A stretch of DNA of 64,000 nucleotides. Source: Flavobacteriales bacterium. GTDB taxonomy: Bacteria > Bacteroidota > Bacteroidia > Flavobacteriales_C > GCA-002722245. The DNA lies in the NCBI GenBank assembly GCA_947444925.1, contig CANFBW010000012.1, forward strand, positions 4,281 through 68,280, in the 5' to 3' direction. The notes beneath the pieces were generated by a model, which saw nothing but the letters and a program-made list of their open reading frames with translations, was not told where the DNA came from and ran no database searches. Of this stretch, positions 39,466 through 51,000 are shown piece by piece (position 1 is the first letter of the stretch; the number at the start of each line of letters is the position of its first letter). Made by a program: the position numbers and the translations under genes.

Positions 39466-39956
39466 AAAGAAACAATTATAGACTTAGAGAATTAGGTTTA
39501 GGCTTAAAGTTTAGGTTCTTGCTCGATTGCTATAAAAAACTGAGAGTCGTTGTTTCGGTATTTTTTTGTAATAATAAGCACTGATTTTTAGCTTATCAAA
39601 GAAAAACGAATATTTTTTACATCTAAATTACTGCTTGTCAGTTAGTTGCGGTGCTTTGGTTTGCGGGTACGTAACATGAATGCGAAGTTTAAAAACAGCG
39701 TCAAATATGATTTTTTTTGACTTAATTTCAAGTTGTTTTTACGTCTAAGAAACAAGTGGCGCCACATTAAAAAATAATACGAGTGAAATTTGGGGAATCA
39801 GCATGTTGCATGCAAAAAAAGATGCTGAAAAATTGAGGAAATAGATTGTTTTGCTATGATAATTGTTTGTTCCTTAAACGAAAATGGAGAAATTATTCAG
39901 TTTTAAGGTGAAAGAGTAAATGCAATGTTGTTTGCTTGAAGTATTAGAATTGTTTA

Positions 39957-40841
39957 TTAATTAGGAATTCTCCAAGAGACTCCAGCAGAAACAAAATAAT
40001 TGGGTGAAATTTCACTTATTCCAATTCCGCCTTCTAAATCGAGTTGCAAGTTGCTTTGCAATAAATAGACAAAACCAGCATCGCAGCGAAAATCGTTGGT
40101 GAAATTGCCATTGGCACTGGCGACTCCATTTTCAATGAAAAACCCATAAATTTCGCCATAGACGGAAAGTGGACCTGCAATTTTTTGAGTCAAAGAAACA
40201 GCATAAAAATAACTCACGTTGGCGGAATATCCTCCCCAGTCTGGACCAAAATTGTATTCTAATTCGGTGTTTTTCCCCAATTCATGTTCGCACAAGAGGC
40301 GCAGTGTTCCTCCTGTATAATTGGGTCTGAAGTCTTTTCTGCCAAAGTAAGGCAGATAAATTTCGGCCATCAAACTAATTTTAGGCAAAAAAACAGATCC
40401 TTTATACAAAAACTTTTTTCCGCCAAAAGAGAGACCAGAAAACCCGTTAAGTTTATTGATTAAGGTGTCTCTTCTGTAAGATTTATTGCTGAGGTAGTCA
40501 AAGTTAACGCGCAAATCCATGCCGCTTCCAATGCCATATTTTAGTAACAATGAATTGTAAGCGATATTTTCTTCTTTAATAATTCCGCTTCTGTCCACCT
40601 CAAAAGAAAATCCACTTTCTACTTGAAAGTGTTTGTAGGGAACTATTTCGGCAGTTTCAGTTTGGTGGGGTCGATCTGTAAAAATATCAACGTTATTCGA
40701 ACGGATGTCTTTAGAAGGGAAGTAGTACTTCAGTACGTCGTTATAATCTTTTTTAGAGATGGTGACAGTGGTGTCGTTTTGCGCATGCAATACTGCAGAG
40801 GAGAGTGTTAGCGCCACGAGTGCATAAAAACGATTGAACAT
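39957..40841 (-). CDS. Outer-membrane 'transporter' family beta-barrel (MetA-pathway-of-phenol-degradation-like)
   Basis: TDRPHQTET...FQVESG N-terminal motif and terminal SAGVSWRI strand. Confidence 0.7.
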   Translation of the reverse strand: MFNRFYALVALTLSSAVLHAQNDTTVTISKKDYNDVLKYYFPSKDIRSNNVDIFTDRPHQTETAEIVPYKHFQVESGFSFEVDRSGIIKEENIAYNSLLLKYGIGSGMDLRVNFDYLSNKSYRRDTLINKLNGFSGLSFGGKKFLYKGSVFLPKISLMAEIYLPYFGRKDFRPNYTGGTLRLLCEHELGKNTELEYNFGPDWGGYSANVSYFYAVSLTQKIAGPLSVYGEIYGFFIENGVASANGNFTNDFRCDAGFVYLLQSNLQLDLEGGIGISEISPNYFVSAGVSWRIPN

Positions 40842-41130
40842 TATTTTTATTTTATGATTTGTCGCAAGATAAAATAATTTATTAAGTACTAGATTGCCTT
40901 CAAGTTATAAAATCAATAGTTGTGGTATGCTTGCTAGTAAAGTACTATAGCAGGACGCTAAGAATGATAGAAAAAAAAATATACTAATGGGTATAATTGC
41001 GAATAATTATCGTTGTTTTTAAAGGTATTTCTTTATCAAGTGGGATCTGACTAAGAATTTAGTACATATTGTCACTCAATAAAGAAGCTGCATTTTACTT
41101 TAAATGCAAGCCGTTTGGGTGAAGTTTCAT

Positions 41131-42693
41131 TTAAAACAAAGAATTCTTTTTTCGTCTTGTTGCGCTTCTTTTAGGACTTCCAAACAACACGCCAAACAAA
41201 CCTCTTGTCAGCTCTCTTACTATGGTTTTGGTGATGCTGCTGCCGGCAACCGCTTTTATGGTGTCGCTGATACTAGAGGAAGTTTCATTTGGTTTTTCCT
41301 CTACTATTTTTTCTTCTTGTTCGGGCATTTCTTCTTGCGCCGCGGAGAGTTTTCCTTTCAGAATTTCATAGGCGCTTTGTCGGTCGATGACCTCGTTGTA
41401 TTCACTTGCAATAGCAGAAGCTGCAATGATTTCGTCTTGCTCTTTTGAGCTGAGCACGTCCATGCGCGATTGTGGTGCGCACATCATCGTGTGCACCAGT
41501 GGAGTAGGAATTCCTTTTTCGCTAAGCACCGTTACCAATGCTTCACCAATTCCGAGTTCAGTAATCAGTTCGTCGGTTTTGTAGAAGTCGCTTGACGGAA
41601 AATTTTCGGCAACCAGTTTGATGTCTTTTCGGTCTTTTGCTGTAAAGGCGCGTAGTGCATGTTGTACTTTGGCGCCGAGTTGACTCAAAATAACATCTGG
41701 AATATCGGCGGGTGATTGCGTACAAAAGAAAATGCCAACACCTTTGCTTCGAATCAGCTTGATGATGGTTTCCAATTGCTGCATTAAACTTTTTGACGCT
41801 TCTTTAAATATCAAGTGCGCTTCGTCGATGAAGATCACCAACTTGGGTTCGCCCTTGTCGCCAATTTCGGGAAACTTGTTGTAGATCTCCGCCAGTAAGC
41901 AAAGCATAAAGGTGGAGAACAATTTCGGACGGTCTTGAATATCTGTCAAACGCAAGATATTGATGAAAGCGACACCTCTATCGTCTTTTTGCAAAAGATC
42001 TTCCACCTCAAAAGATTTTTCACCAAAAAACTGATCGCCCCCTTGCATTTCAAGCTCAAGTAATTTACGCATGATCACGCCTGATGAAGCAGTAGAAATG
42101 GCACCGTAGCTTTCGCTGATTTCTTTTTTGCCATCACCATCAGTAAGGTGTTGCAACGCAGCGCGAAAATCTTTGATGTCGAGAAGTGGTAACTTTTTGT
42201 CGTCGCAGTATTTAAAAATAATAGCAACAGCGCCTTCTTGACTTTCGTTGAGCTCCAATACTTTTGAAAAAAGAACAGGTCCGAATTCCGAAATAGTGGC
42301 ACGCATGCGTACGCCCCTCTCTTTTGAAATCGTCATGAGTTCTGTAGGATATTCACGGGGCGACCATGCGGCGCCAATGCTATCCATTCGCTCTTTAATT
42401 TTTGAATTGTCACTACCTGCTTTTGAAATCCCACTAATGTCACCTTTGATGTCCATCAACAAAACATTCACGCCTTGTTCTGACAGTGCTTCGGCAATGC
42501 GCTGAATGGATTTTGTTTTTCCAGTGCCGGTTGCGCCAGCAATTAGTCCGTGGCGATTGATCGTAGAAAGTGGTATTTTGACTTGCAGACCTTTAATATT
42601 TTTTTTGTCAAAGGCAGCACCACCTACTAAAATACTTTTGCCTGAAAATTGGAAGGCGGTGCTAATTTCTTCTGTAAATTGTTCAATGCTCAT
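41131..42693 (-). CDS. HerA-like ATPase (DUF853/YjgR family)
   Basis: NRHGLIAGATGTGKT, DIKGDISG, FIDEAHL, RSKGVG and QHALRAFT motifs. Confidence 0.88.
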   Translation of the reverse strand: MSIEQFTEEISTAFQFSGKSILVGGAAFDKKNIKGLQVKIPLSTINRHGLIAGATGTGKTKSIQRIAEALSEQGVNVLLMDIKGDISGISKAGSDNSKIKERMDSIGAAWSPREYPTELMTISKERGVRMRATISEFGPVLFSKVLELNESQEGAVAIIFKYCDDKKLPLLDIKDFRAALQHLTDGDGKKEISESYGAISTASSGVIMRKLLELEMQGGDQFFGEKSFEVEDLLQKDDRGVAFINILRLTDIQDRPKLFSTFMLCLLAEIYNKFPEIGDKGEPKLVIFIDEAHLIFKEASKSLMQQLETIIKLIRSKGVGIFFCTQSPADIPDVILSQLGAKVQHALRAFTAKDRKDIKLVAENFPSSDFYKTDELITELGIGEALVTVLSEKGIPTPLVHTMMCAPQSRMDVLSSKEQDEIIAASAIASEYNEVIDRQSAYEILKGKLSAAQEEMPEQEEKIVEEKPNETSSSISDTIKAVAGSSITKTIVRELTRGLFGVLFGSPKRSATRRKKNSLF

Positions 42694-42710
42694 GTAGAAA
42701 AGTATAAGTT

Positions 42711-43139
42711 TTATTCAGAAATGGTGGCGTCAGCAAATTCTTTTCTGGCCTTCCTTTTGTCAATGTATTCAAAAGCGCGGCGGGTAAGAAAAAGGGCTGT
42801 GAGTCCCATTGCGGCACAAATGTAGAGATAGCCCCATTCAAAAATATTAAAGATCAATGAAATAATAAAATAGATGTTTACGTGCAATACGATGCCCAGT
42901 AGCAATTGCAAATACAAGCGCGTTTTAAAACTTTTTTCAGTAATTAAGCGTTCTTCTTCAAGCTCATTTTGGGTGTTAAGGTCTTTAGCGATAGCAAATT
43001 GAATTGCAAAATGGCGTTTAATTTTCTTGTAAACACGGAAGCTGATCGACGTCAAAATAAAATAACCAAGGGCAACGACAATAGCAAGCCCAATGAGCCA
43101 CCACAAATTGCTGCGATCCGTAGTTAGTGTCAAATACAT
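42711..43139 (-). CDS. Hypothetical membrane protein
   Basis: Three hydrophobic segments; co-oriented with the HerA-like gene with a 17-bp gap. Confidence 0.6.
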   Translation of the reverse strand: MYLTLTTDRSNLWWLIGLAIVVALGYFILTSISFRVYKKIKRHFAIQFAIAKDLNTQNELEEERLITEKSFKTRLYLQLLLGIVLHVNIYFIISLIFNIFEWGYLYICAAMGLTALFLTRRAFEYIDKRKARKEFADATISE

Positions 43140-43248
43140 CTTTCCTAAATCAATTTTAATAGTAACTTAAACTATAATATAGCGGGAAGATACTGAAAAT
43201 TGAAAAAAAAAATCGAATTTCATATAGACGAACATTTAAAAACACACG

Positions 43249-44739
43249 ATGTTAACAAAAGACATACAAACAATATTGATTGCAAATCGTGGCGAAATAG
43301 CGCTGCGTGTGATTCGCTCTGCAAAGGAGATGGGTATTCGCACGGTAGCCATTTATTCTGATGTTGATAAAAATATGCCTTTTGTGAAATTGGCCGACAG
43401 GGCTGTGGCTATTGGTGGACAAACATCAAGGGAATCTTATCTCGATATTGATAAAATTATAAAAGTATGCAAAGAGCAGCAAGTAGATGCGGTGCATCCA
43501 GGCTACGGTTTTTTGTCGGAAAACCCAATTTTTGCTGAGCGATTGGAGGCGGAGAACATTAGACTGATAGGGCCTTCAGCTCATTCAATGAAAATAATGG
43601 GCGATAAATTGTCGTCAAAAGATGCGGTGCGCGAATTTGCAGTGCCTGTAATTCCGGGTTCAGCTGGTGCAATTAGCGACTACAAAGCGCTCTTGGAAAT
43701 CGCACAAAAAATTGGTTATCCACTGTTGATCAAAGCATCGGCAGGCGGTGGCGGAAAAGGGATGCGCGTGGTTTCTAGTGACGACGAATTGCAGTCGTCT
43801 TTTGAACGAGCTACGAGTGAGGCGGAGGCGTCGTTTGGCAATGGTGCTGTTTTCGTTGAAAAGTATGTCATCAATCCAAAGCACATTGAGTTTCAAATAA
43901 TGGCCGATATGCATGGCAATGTATTGCATTTGTTTGAGCGCGATTGTTCGGTGCAGCGTCGACACCAAAAGGTAGTGGAGGAAGCACCATCACTGATTTT
44001 GAATGCTGATTTGCGACAAAAAATGGGAGCATGTGCGGTGAATGTAGCGAAGTCATGCAATTATGTGGGAGCAGGAACAGTTGAGTTTATTGTGGATGAA
44101 CAAAAGAATTTTTACTTCCTTGAAATGAATACCCGCTTGCAAGTAGAGCATCCGGTGACGGAAATGATTACAGGTTTGGATTTGGTGAAGGAGCAAATTA
44201 AGGTCGCGCGAGGGGAAGCGCTTTCTTTCAAACAAAGTGATTTAACTATAAATGGGCATGCCATTGAGGTTCGCGTATATGCTGAAGATGTGGCCAATGA
44301 CTTTGCGCCAGATAGCGGCACTTTGAAGCATTATCGTGTTCCCAATGGATCAGGTGTGCGCGTTGACGATGGTTTTGAGCAGGGTGGTGAAGTATCTGTG
44401 TTTTACGATTCAATGATTGCCAAATTGATTACGCATGGCACCACACGTGCTGAAGCTATTGCAAAAATGAAATTGGCCATCACCGAATACCGCGTCAGCG
44501 GTGTGAAAACTACCTTGGGTTTTGCACTCATGGTGCTTGATCATGACGACTTTGTAAGTGGGCGCTACGGCACTTCTTTTATTGCCAATAATTTCACCAA
44601 GGATTCAATGGAAAGTGCTGAAAATAGAGATGTTGTAGCATTGTTTGCCGCCTTATGGCAACAAAAAAATACGGTCGAGGTAAAAAAATATTCGACTTTG
44701 ACAGACCAAAATGCGTGGCAGCAACGTAGTCGTGAATAA
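43249..44739 (+). CDS. Biotin carboxylase subunit of an acyl-CoA carboxylase
   Basis: ANRGEIA, HPGYGFLSEN, GGGGKGMR, RDCSVQRRHQK and EMNTRLQVEH motifs. Confidence 0.92.
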   Translation: MLTKDIQTILIANRGEIALRVIRSAKEMGIRTVAIYSDVDKNMPFVKLADRAVAIGGQTSRESYLDIDKIIKVCKEQQVDAVHPGYGFLSENPIFAERLEAENIRLIGPSAHSMKIMGDKLSSKDAVREFAVPVIPGSAGAISDYKALLEIAQKIGYPLLIKASAGGGGKGMRVVSSDDELQSSFERATSEAEASFGNGAVFVEKYVINPKHIEFQIMADMHGNVLHLFERDCSVQRRHQKVVEEAPSLILNADLRQKMGACAVNVAKSCNYVGAGTVEFIVDEQKNFYFLEMNTRLQVEHPVTEMITGLDLVKEQIKVARGEALSFKQSDLTINGHAIEVRVYAEDVANDFAPDSGTLKHYRVPNGSGVRVDDGFEQGGEVSVFYDSMIAKLITHGTTRAEAIAKMKLAITEYRVSGVKTTLGFALMVLDHDDFVSGRYGTSFIANNFTKDSMESAENRDVVALFAALWQQKNTVEVKKYSTLTDQNAWQQRSRE

Positions 44740-44756
44740 TAGGAGTTGCACGGTGT

Positions 44757-45386
44757 TTGCTTGAGCTAGTTGAATCAAAGTGTATGCGTTGTAAAATGAT
44801 TTTAGTGGTGATGACGTTTATCGGCATTTTTGCCGCTGGCTCTTGCTTTGGCCAGATCATGGGTGAAAACGGATACATGCAATGGGAAATTCGCTCTGGT
44901 GACACCGTGTTGGTGACCTATCTTAAAGAAATTCACATTCGTATTGCTAAAAAAGGTGCGCTTAAAATTAAGCCTCAATACCGCGAATATTTGCGCTTGC
45001 AAAGATATGTGAAGAAGGTGTATCCATATGCGCTTTTGGCTGCGAGTAAATTGAAAGAATACCAAGTTGAGTTAGATGCTTCAACATCAGATTCAGAGCG
45101 CCGACGCGTTATGAAGAAGGTTGAAAAAGCTTTGGTTGACAAATACGGCGCTGAAATGAAGAACTTAACCATCAATCAGGGACAAATTCTGCTGAAACTC
45201 ATCGATCGAGAAACAGGGCGCTCGTCGTACGAACTGCTCAGCGAAATGCGCGGCGCTTTTCCGGCTGTGATTTGGCAGGGTTTGGCTTCCATCTTTGGAC
45301 AGAATTTAAAAAGCACATTTGATGCGAAGGGCGAGGACAAAGACATTGAGGAAATCATTTTGAAGATTCAGCGTGGTTTGATTTAA
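44757..45386 (+). CDS. DUF4294-like Bacteroidota protein
   Basis: VKKVYPYA and QGQILLKLIDRETG..SYEL motifs. The start is uncertain. Confidence 0.7.
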   Translation: MLELVESKCMRCKMILVVMTFIGIFAAGSCFGQIMGENGYMQWEIRSGDTVLVTYLKEIHIRIAKKGALKIKPQYREYLRLQRYVKKVYPYALLAASKLKEYQVELDASTSDSERRRVMKKVEKALVDKYGAEMKNLTINQGQILLKLIDRETGRSSYELLSEMRGAFPAVIWQGLASIFGQNLKSTFDAKGEDKDIEEIILKIQRGLI

Positions 45387-45465
45387 GGATTAATTGCGCC
45401 AAGTTTTTAACAACATTCTATTAGAGGAAGATAAATTTATATTTTAGCGCCATAAATAAAAAAAG

Positions 45466-46665
45466 ATGGCTAAAATTTTAATTATCGGAGCGGGAGGCGT
45501 AAGTAACGTTGTTACTAAAAAGTGTGCCCGCATGACTGACGTTTTTACGGAAATTGTATTGGCGAGCAGAACAAAATCTAAATGCGACGCAATTGCTGCT
45601 GAAATTGGCGGTAACCGTATTAAAACAGAACAAGTTGACGCCGATTACGCTGAAAATGTAATTGCCCTGATTCAAAAATACACTCCAGATATCGTTTTGA
45701 ATATAGCGCTTCCTTACCAGGATTTGGCGATCATGGATGCTTGTTTGGCTACAAAAACACATTATTTGGATACGGCCAATTACGAACCTAAAGACGTGGC
45801 TAAGTTCGAATACAGCTGGCAGTGGGCTTATAAAAAGCGTTTTGAAGATGCTGGTATCATGGCTCTTTTGGGTTGTGGTTTTGACCCAGGGGTAACAGGT
45901 GTTTTTACAGCCTATGCTGCAAAACATTATTTTGATGAAATTCACTATTTAGATATTATCGACTGCAATGCAGGTGATCACGGTAAAGCTTTTGCAACAA
46001 ACTTTAATCCTGAAATCAATATTCGTGAAATCACACAGAGGGGAAAATATTGGGAGAATGGAGAGTGGAAAGAAACTGATCCACTAACGGTGCACAAAGC
46101 GGTGAATTACCCAGAAGTTGGTCCGAAAGAAAGTTACTTGCTCTTTCATGAAGAGTTGGAATCGTTGGTGAAAAATTTCCCTACTTTGAAAAGAGCACGT
46201 TTCTGGATGACTTTTGGTCAAGAATACCTTACGCATTTGCGCGTGATGGAAAACATTGGAATTACGAGCATTAAGCCCATCAAATTTCAAGGTCACGATA
46301 TAGTGCCTATTGAATTTTTAAAAGCCTTGTTGCCTGAGCCAGGATCATTGGGTGAAAACTACACGGGTCAAACTTCTATCGGTTGTCAAATTCGTGGCGT
46401 GAAAGACGGCAAAGAAGCGACGTACTTTATTTGGAACAATTGCAAACATCAAGATGCATACAATGACGTTCAAGGGCAAGGTGTTGCTTATACTACAGGT
46501 GTTCCTGCAATGATTGGAGCCTTGTTGATGGCTACCGGAAAATGGATGAAACCAGGGGTGTGGAACGTAGAAGATTTCAATCCAGATCCTTTCTTGGAGG
46601 TTTTGGGACAATACGGTTTGCCTTGGCACGAAGCGGTGAATCAGCCCTTGGAATTTGAAAAATAG
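45466..46665 (+). CDS. Saccharopine dehydrogenase family protein, probably carboxy(nor)spermidine dehydrogenase
   Basis: GAGGV, YLDTANYE, GFDPG and FATNFNPEINIRE motifs; adjacent to nspC. Confidence 0.9.
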   Translation: MAKILIIGAGGVSNVVTKKCARMTDVFTEIVLASRTKSKCDAIAAEIGGNRIKTEQVDADYAENVIALIQKYTPDIVLNIALPYQDLAIMDACLATKTHYLDTANYEPKDVAKFEYSWQWAYKKRFEDAGIMALLGCGFDPGVTGVFTAYAAKHYFDEIHYLDIIDCNAGDHGKAFATNFNPEINIREITQRGKYWENGEWKETDPLTVHKAVNYPEVGPKESYLLFHEELESLVKNFPTLKRARFWMTFGQEYLTHLRVMENIGITSIKPIKFQGHDIVPIEFLKALLPEPGSLGENYTGQTSIGCQIRGVKDGKEATYFIWNNCKHQDAYNDVQGQGVAYTTGVPAMIGALLMATGKWMKPGVWNVEDFNPDPFLEVLGQYGLPWHEAVNQPLEFEK

Positions 46666-46745
46666 AATTCAGGATGTAAGCTGCGCAATGAGCAATTGCG
46701 CGGATTTACGTGGAATTTGAGTAGTATAACTTTAAGTATTGAACA

Positions 46746-47885
46746 TTGAGCGTTGATTTAACTAAATTGCCTAACCCCTGCTACGTTTTAGATGAAGTGA
46801 AATTCATTCAAAACATGGAGAAATTAAAATACGTGCAAGATGCAAGTGGAGCTAAAATTCTATGTGCATTGAAGGGCTTTGCCATGTGGAGTACTTTTCC
46901 TATAATGAAGAAATATCTATCAGGATGCACCGCCAGTTCTCTTTTTGAAAGTCGATTGTGTTTTGAAGAAATGGGGCGCGACTCGCACGCTTGCGCCGTG
47001 ATTTATCAAGAAAATGAAATCAACGACTATATCAAATACAACTCACATCTCACGTTCAATTCTATTTCTCAATGGGATGCCTTGAAGGGTAAAGTATTGA
47101 AAAATAAGAAAAAAGTAAAATGTGCTTTGCGCATCAATCCTGAATATTCAGATGTAGATACCGCAATATACAATCCTTGTGCGCCCGGTTCGCGCTTGGG
47201 TATTACGGCTGAGCACATGCCAAAGCATTTGCCAAAAGGCATTACTGGTTTGCATTTTCATGCGCTGTGCGAAAGCAATTCTGATTCTTTGGAAAGAGTG
47301 CTGGAGGCAGTTGAAGCAAAATTTGGTCACTTGCTGCATGAAGCGGATTGGGTTAATTTTGGAGGTGGGCACCACATTACCCGCGAAGATTACGATACTG
47401 ATTTATTGATTGAACTGATTCGAAATTTCAAGGAAAATTATAAAGTGGAGGTCTTTCTTGAGCCAGGTGAAGCCATTGGGTGGAAGACAGGTTTTTTGTT
47501 GGCTAAGGTCGACGATATCGTGGAAGCGAACAAGGAAAAAACGGTGATTATGAATGTGTCGTTTACTTGCCATATGCCCGATTGTTTGGAAATGCCTTAT
47601 AAACCGGCTGTTCGTGGCGCTTCAATCGCTAAAAAAGCCAAGCATGTGTATACTTTTGGGGGACCTACCTGCTTGTCGGGTGATTTTATCAAAGGTTTTG
47701 GTTTTGACAATGCCTTGAAGGTGGGCGATACTTTGATTTTTGAAGACATGATGCACTATACCTTTGTGAAAACAACCATGTTTAATGGCGTGAATCACCC
47801 GGCCATTGGCATTTTAAAAAGCAATGGTAAATTCAAGTCGGTACGCTCTTTTGGCTACGAAGACTATAAGGGGCGAATGTCGTAG
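46746..47885 (+). CDS. nspC: Carboxynorspermidine decarboxylase
   Basis: ALKGF PLP lysine, RINPE, GLHFH, NFGGGH, EPGEA, HMPD and VKTTMFNG motifs; TTG start. Confidence 0.92.
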   Translation: MSVDLTKLPNPCYVLDEVKFIQNMEKLKYVQDASGAKILCALKGFAMWSTFPIMKKYLSGCTASSLFESRLCFEEMGRDSHACAVIYQENEINDYIKYNSHLTFNSISQWDALKGKVLKNKKKVKCALRINPEYSDVDTAIYNPCAPGSRLGITAEHMPKHLPKGITGLHFHALCESNSDSLERVLEAVEAKFGHLLHEADWVNFGGGHHITREDYDTDLLIELIRNFKENYKVEVFLEPGEAIGWKTGFLLAKVDDIVEANKEKTVIMNVSFTCHMPDCLEMPYKPAVRGASIAKKAKHVYTFGGPTCLSGDFIKGFGFDNALKVGDTLIFEDMMHYTFVKTTMFNGVNHPAIGILKSNGKFKSVRSFGYEDYKGRMS

Positions 47886-48082
47886 TTTGAGTTATTGCAC
47901 AATTATTTGTTGTGTTGTAACTTTTACTTTCTTACATTGTTCCACATAAGTGGCATCCTAGATGCAACTATGAAAAACTACTACTAATTGCTATTGTAAA
48001 AGAATTGCTTTTTCTCTAAAGCACTTTTTTTCCTTAGTTGACGACGCTACTGTTATTGTTGAATTTTACTTACTGTATCGCA

Positions 48083-51000
48083 ATGGGGGACACAAATTTC
48101 TTTTTAAGAAGGTTAAGAATAGTATCTATATTCTTTTTTTTATCTATTCATTCTTTTTCATTATTTTCTGCTGACATCACCTTGAATTTTTGTCCCGTCA
48201 CTAAAATACAAGCTGCAAAGGATTGGTCTGCAACTTTTACAATTCAAAACAATACAGCGGTAGTTTTGGATTTTGCCACTAATAAATTCTCAATGGTATG
48301 GCCCAGTTTGGTGACATTGCCATATCCTTTTAGTCACGGTGTTCAATCCGATATCACTTGGAGTTTTAATATCGATGGTGTTTACGATTGGCAGTCGAAG
48401 TTGCCTGTTGGAGCAACTTATTCGAAGGCCTTCACTGGAGGGAAGTTTTCTGGCGTATTGCAGTTTCCTACATCAGGCACCTTTACGCAAGGTGGTATTA
48501 CTTATACTGTTGAGGTTAAAAATTGTAATCAAACGCAGAATTTTGAGTTGTACGATGCAACATTTAAATTTAAAAGAGAGTGTTTCATATACTCTCCTGC
48601 TAAATTGTGTTTGGGTCAAGGTGCAACAGAAATTTGGCGAGGTGAAGGGGTTTTTGATGCAATGATTCCCACAGACCGACCTAGTTGGGCTATTGCAGAT
48701 ATGGTCGCCCACCGTTTGTTTACCAATTTAGTGGGGCAAGATATAGTGTCGCCCAATTTTTGGATGGCGACCGCAATGAATGAATCACGAATGACCTGTG
48801 ACCCTACCATAGTGCCAAACGCGACTGGAGGGCACTGCAAAATCAATTCAATGGCCAATACTTGTGTAGGTATTTCAAATACCACCAACAATTGTTTTCA
48901 AGTACTCAACATAGGTTATTCTCAAATTTCAAACAATCAGCCGGATTTATTCTCTCAAACAAATACTTACGGCACTGCATCTTTTTCTAATGTAATCGAC
49001 AATGGTAATTGGGAAACTGGAGCACTTGCAGTGGCTTATTATCATTATCAGGATATTCGCTACTGGGATCAAATCTATTGCTTTAATATTCCCAAAACAT
49101 GGAAGGATGCTAAGGACCCTTATGCCATTGAGAAAATATTTTACCACGCTTATCATGATGGTCCTAATGCGGGTATTTCCCTATTGAATGACATTAAGGC
49201 CAATTATGCGGCCGCAACAAGTGCAACGAATATGAATACTGTGATCGGTACTGGAGGAACTTGGAGTCAGATTCTTTCAGGCGGAAGCAGTCAGAAAGTT
49301 GGAAATTTCACCTCTTTGCTCGACGGCGGAAGTGCCACTTTGTACCCGACAAGTAAAGTTGATAATACTACTCAATATCTAGGATGTTACAATGCACCAA
49401 CCAAGTGGACTGATGTTTTGTACTATCTTGACCGCATTAAAATTTTATATCCTCAAGTAAAAACTCCAGCTATTGAAGCAACTATAAAAGCAGTTTACGA
49501 CGGAATTAACGGCGGAGCAACAGTGAATTTTGAAGACCTTGGACCTGTTATTGACGAGATAGTGATACAGATGGGTGGACATGATCCTTCAAAATACATT
49601 GCCACACAATTCAGTGCATCAAAAACGTGTCCGGTAAATGCTTTAGGTATTTCTCTTCGTACCAATGATACTATTTGTCCAGGAACAACAGGTACTTTGC
49701 AAGTGTGGTTGTCGGGGGATAAAAATTTTAAAGTGATTTTAAAATATCCCGATAATTCTCTCCACACCTTTTCAAATATTGATTATTCTCCATACAACAT
49801 TCCCATAACGCAGCCTGGTGCCTATGAAGTGACTTATTTCGAGGACAATGCTACAGTGGGCAATCCAAATTGCTTATTTAGTAAACTCACAGTACAAAGT
49901 AAAAATGGAAATGTGGTCACCTGGGACAAAACAAAGGTAACAGGGACTGGTAACTCCAAATGTGCAACAGGAGATTTGATCTTAAAAAATACGGGCCCTT
50001 CTGCCGTAACAATTACTTATAAGAAGGATGGTGGAGCTCCGAAAACAGTAAATATTGGGGCTGGTGTGCTGTCAAAAACCGTTCTTTCACCGGCAACTGC
50101 TGGACAGTACATAATTACTGCAATGACACCTAACTCTTGTGGGACACCCATTAATGATACGATTAATATTTGCGGATCATGTATTAAGCCTTCAGCGGTA
50201 ATATCAGGTGGAGCAGCAATTTGTCCGGGCGATAGCGTTAGGCTTAGTGTTGAATTAACTGGTGCTCCAAATTGGAAATTAAGAATTAAAAATGGCGCAA
50301 GTATCATTAAGGTTACGAATATTACGAGCAGTCCTTATCAATTTTATGCAAAAAGCGCGGGTACTTATTTGATTGATACCGTATGGGATGCTAATTGCGA
50401 CACATTGGGAAAAGGAATTGGAACGACGGTTTCTTTGAAATCGATTCCTACAGCAACTATTAGCGGTACGGCAACGATTTGTCAGGGAGACAGCACACAA
50501 TTGAGTGTCGCATTGACTGGTGCTGCAAACTGGAAATTAAAGATCAAATCTGGAACTAATGTGTATTCTACTGTAAGTGGAATTTCAGCGATTCCCTATT
50601 CTTTTTGGGTGAAAACAGCGGGTATTTACAAGGTGGATTCTGTGTGGGATAATGTTTGTCGAAATGCAGGCGATGTCGCAACAGCTGTTGTAACTGTAAA
50701 TCCATTGCCAACGATAGTGGTCAGCGGAGATACCAGTATTTGTCCGAAAGACACAGCGAAACTTACTTTGACACTAACTGGAACTGCACCTTACAATATC
50801 AAAGCTTCTTTAGGGTTAATATCGCTGAATTTAACTTCTGCAACAAACACCTATTTGGTGCCGTTGACGGAATTAGGAACCTACACTTTACTCGTTACTG
50901 ATGCCAAAGGATGTAAAAAGAGTAAGCAAGTTAGCATCATCGCACATACGCCGCCCACTGTTAGCATTGGCGATACTATTAAGTATTGTACTGGCGGTAG

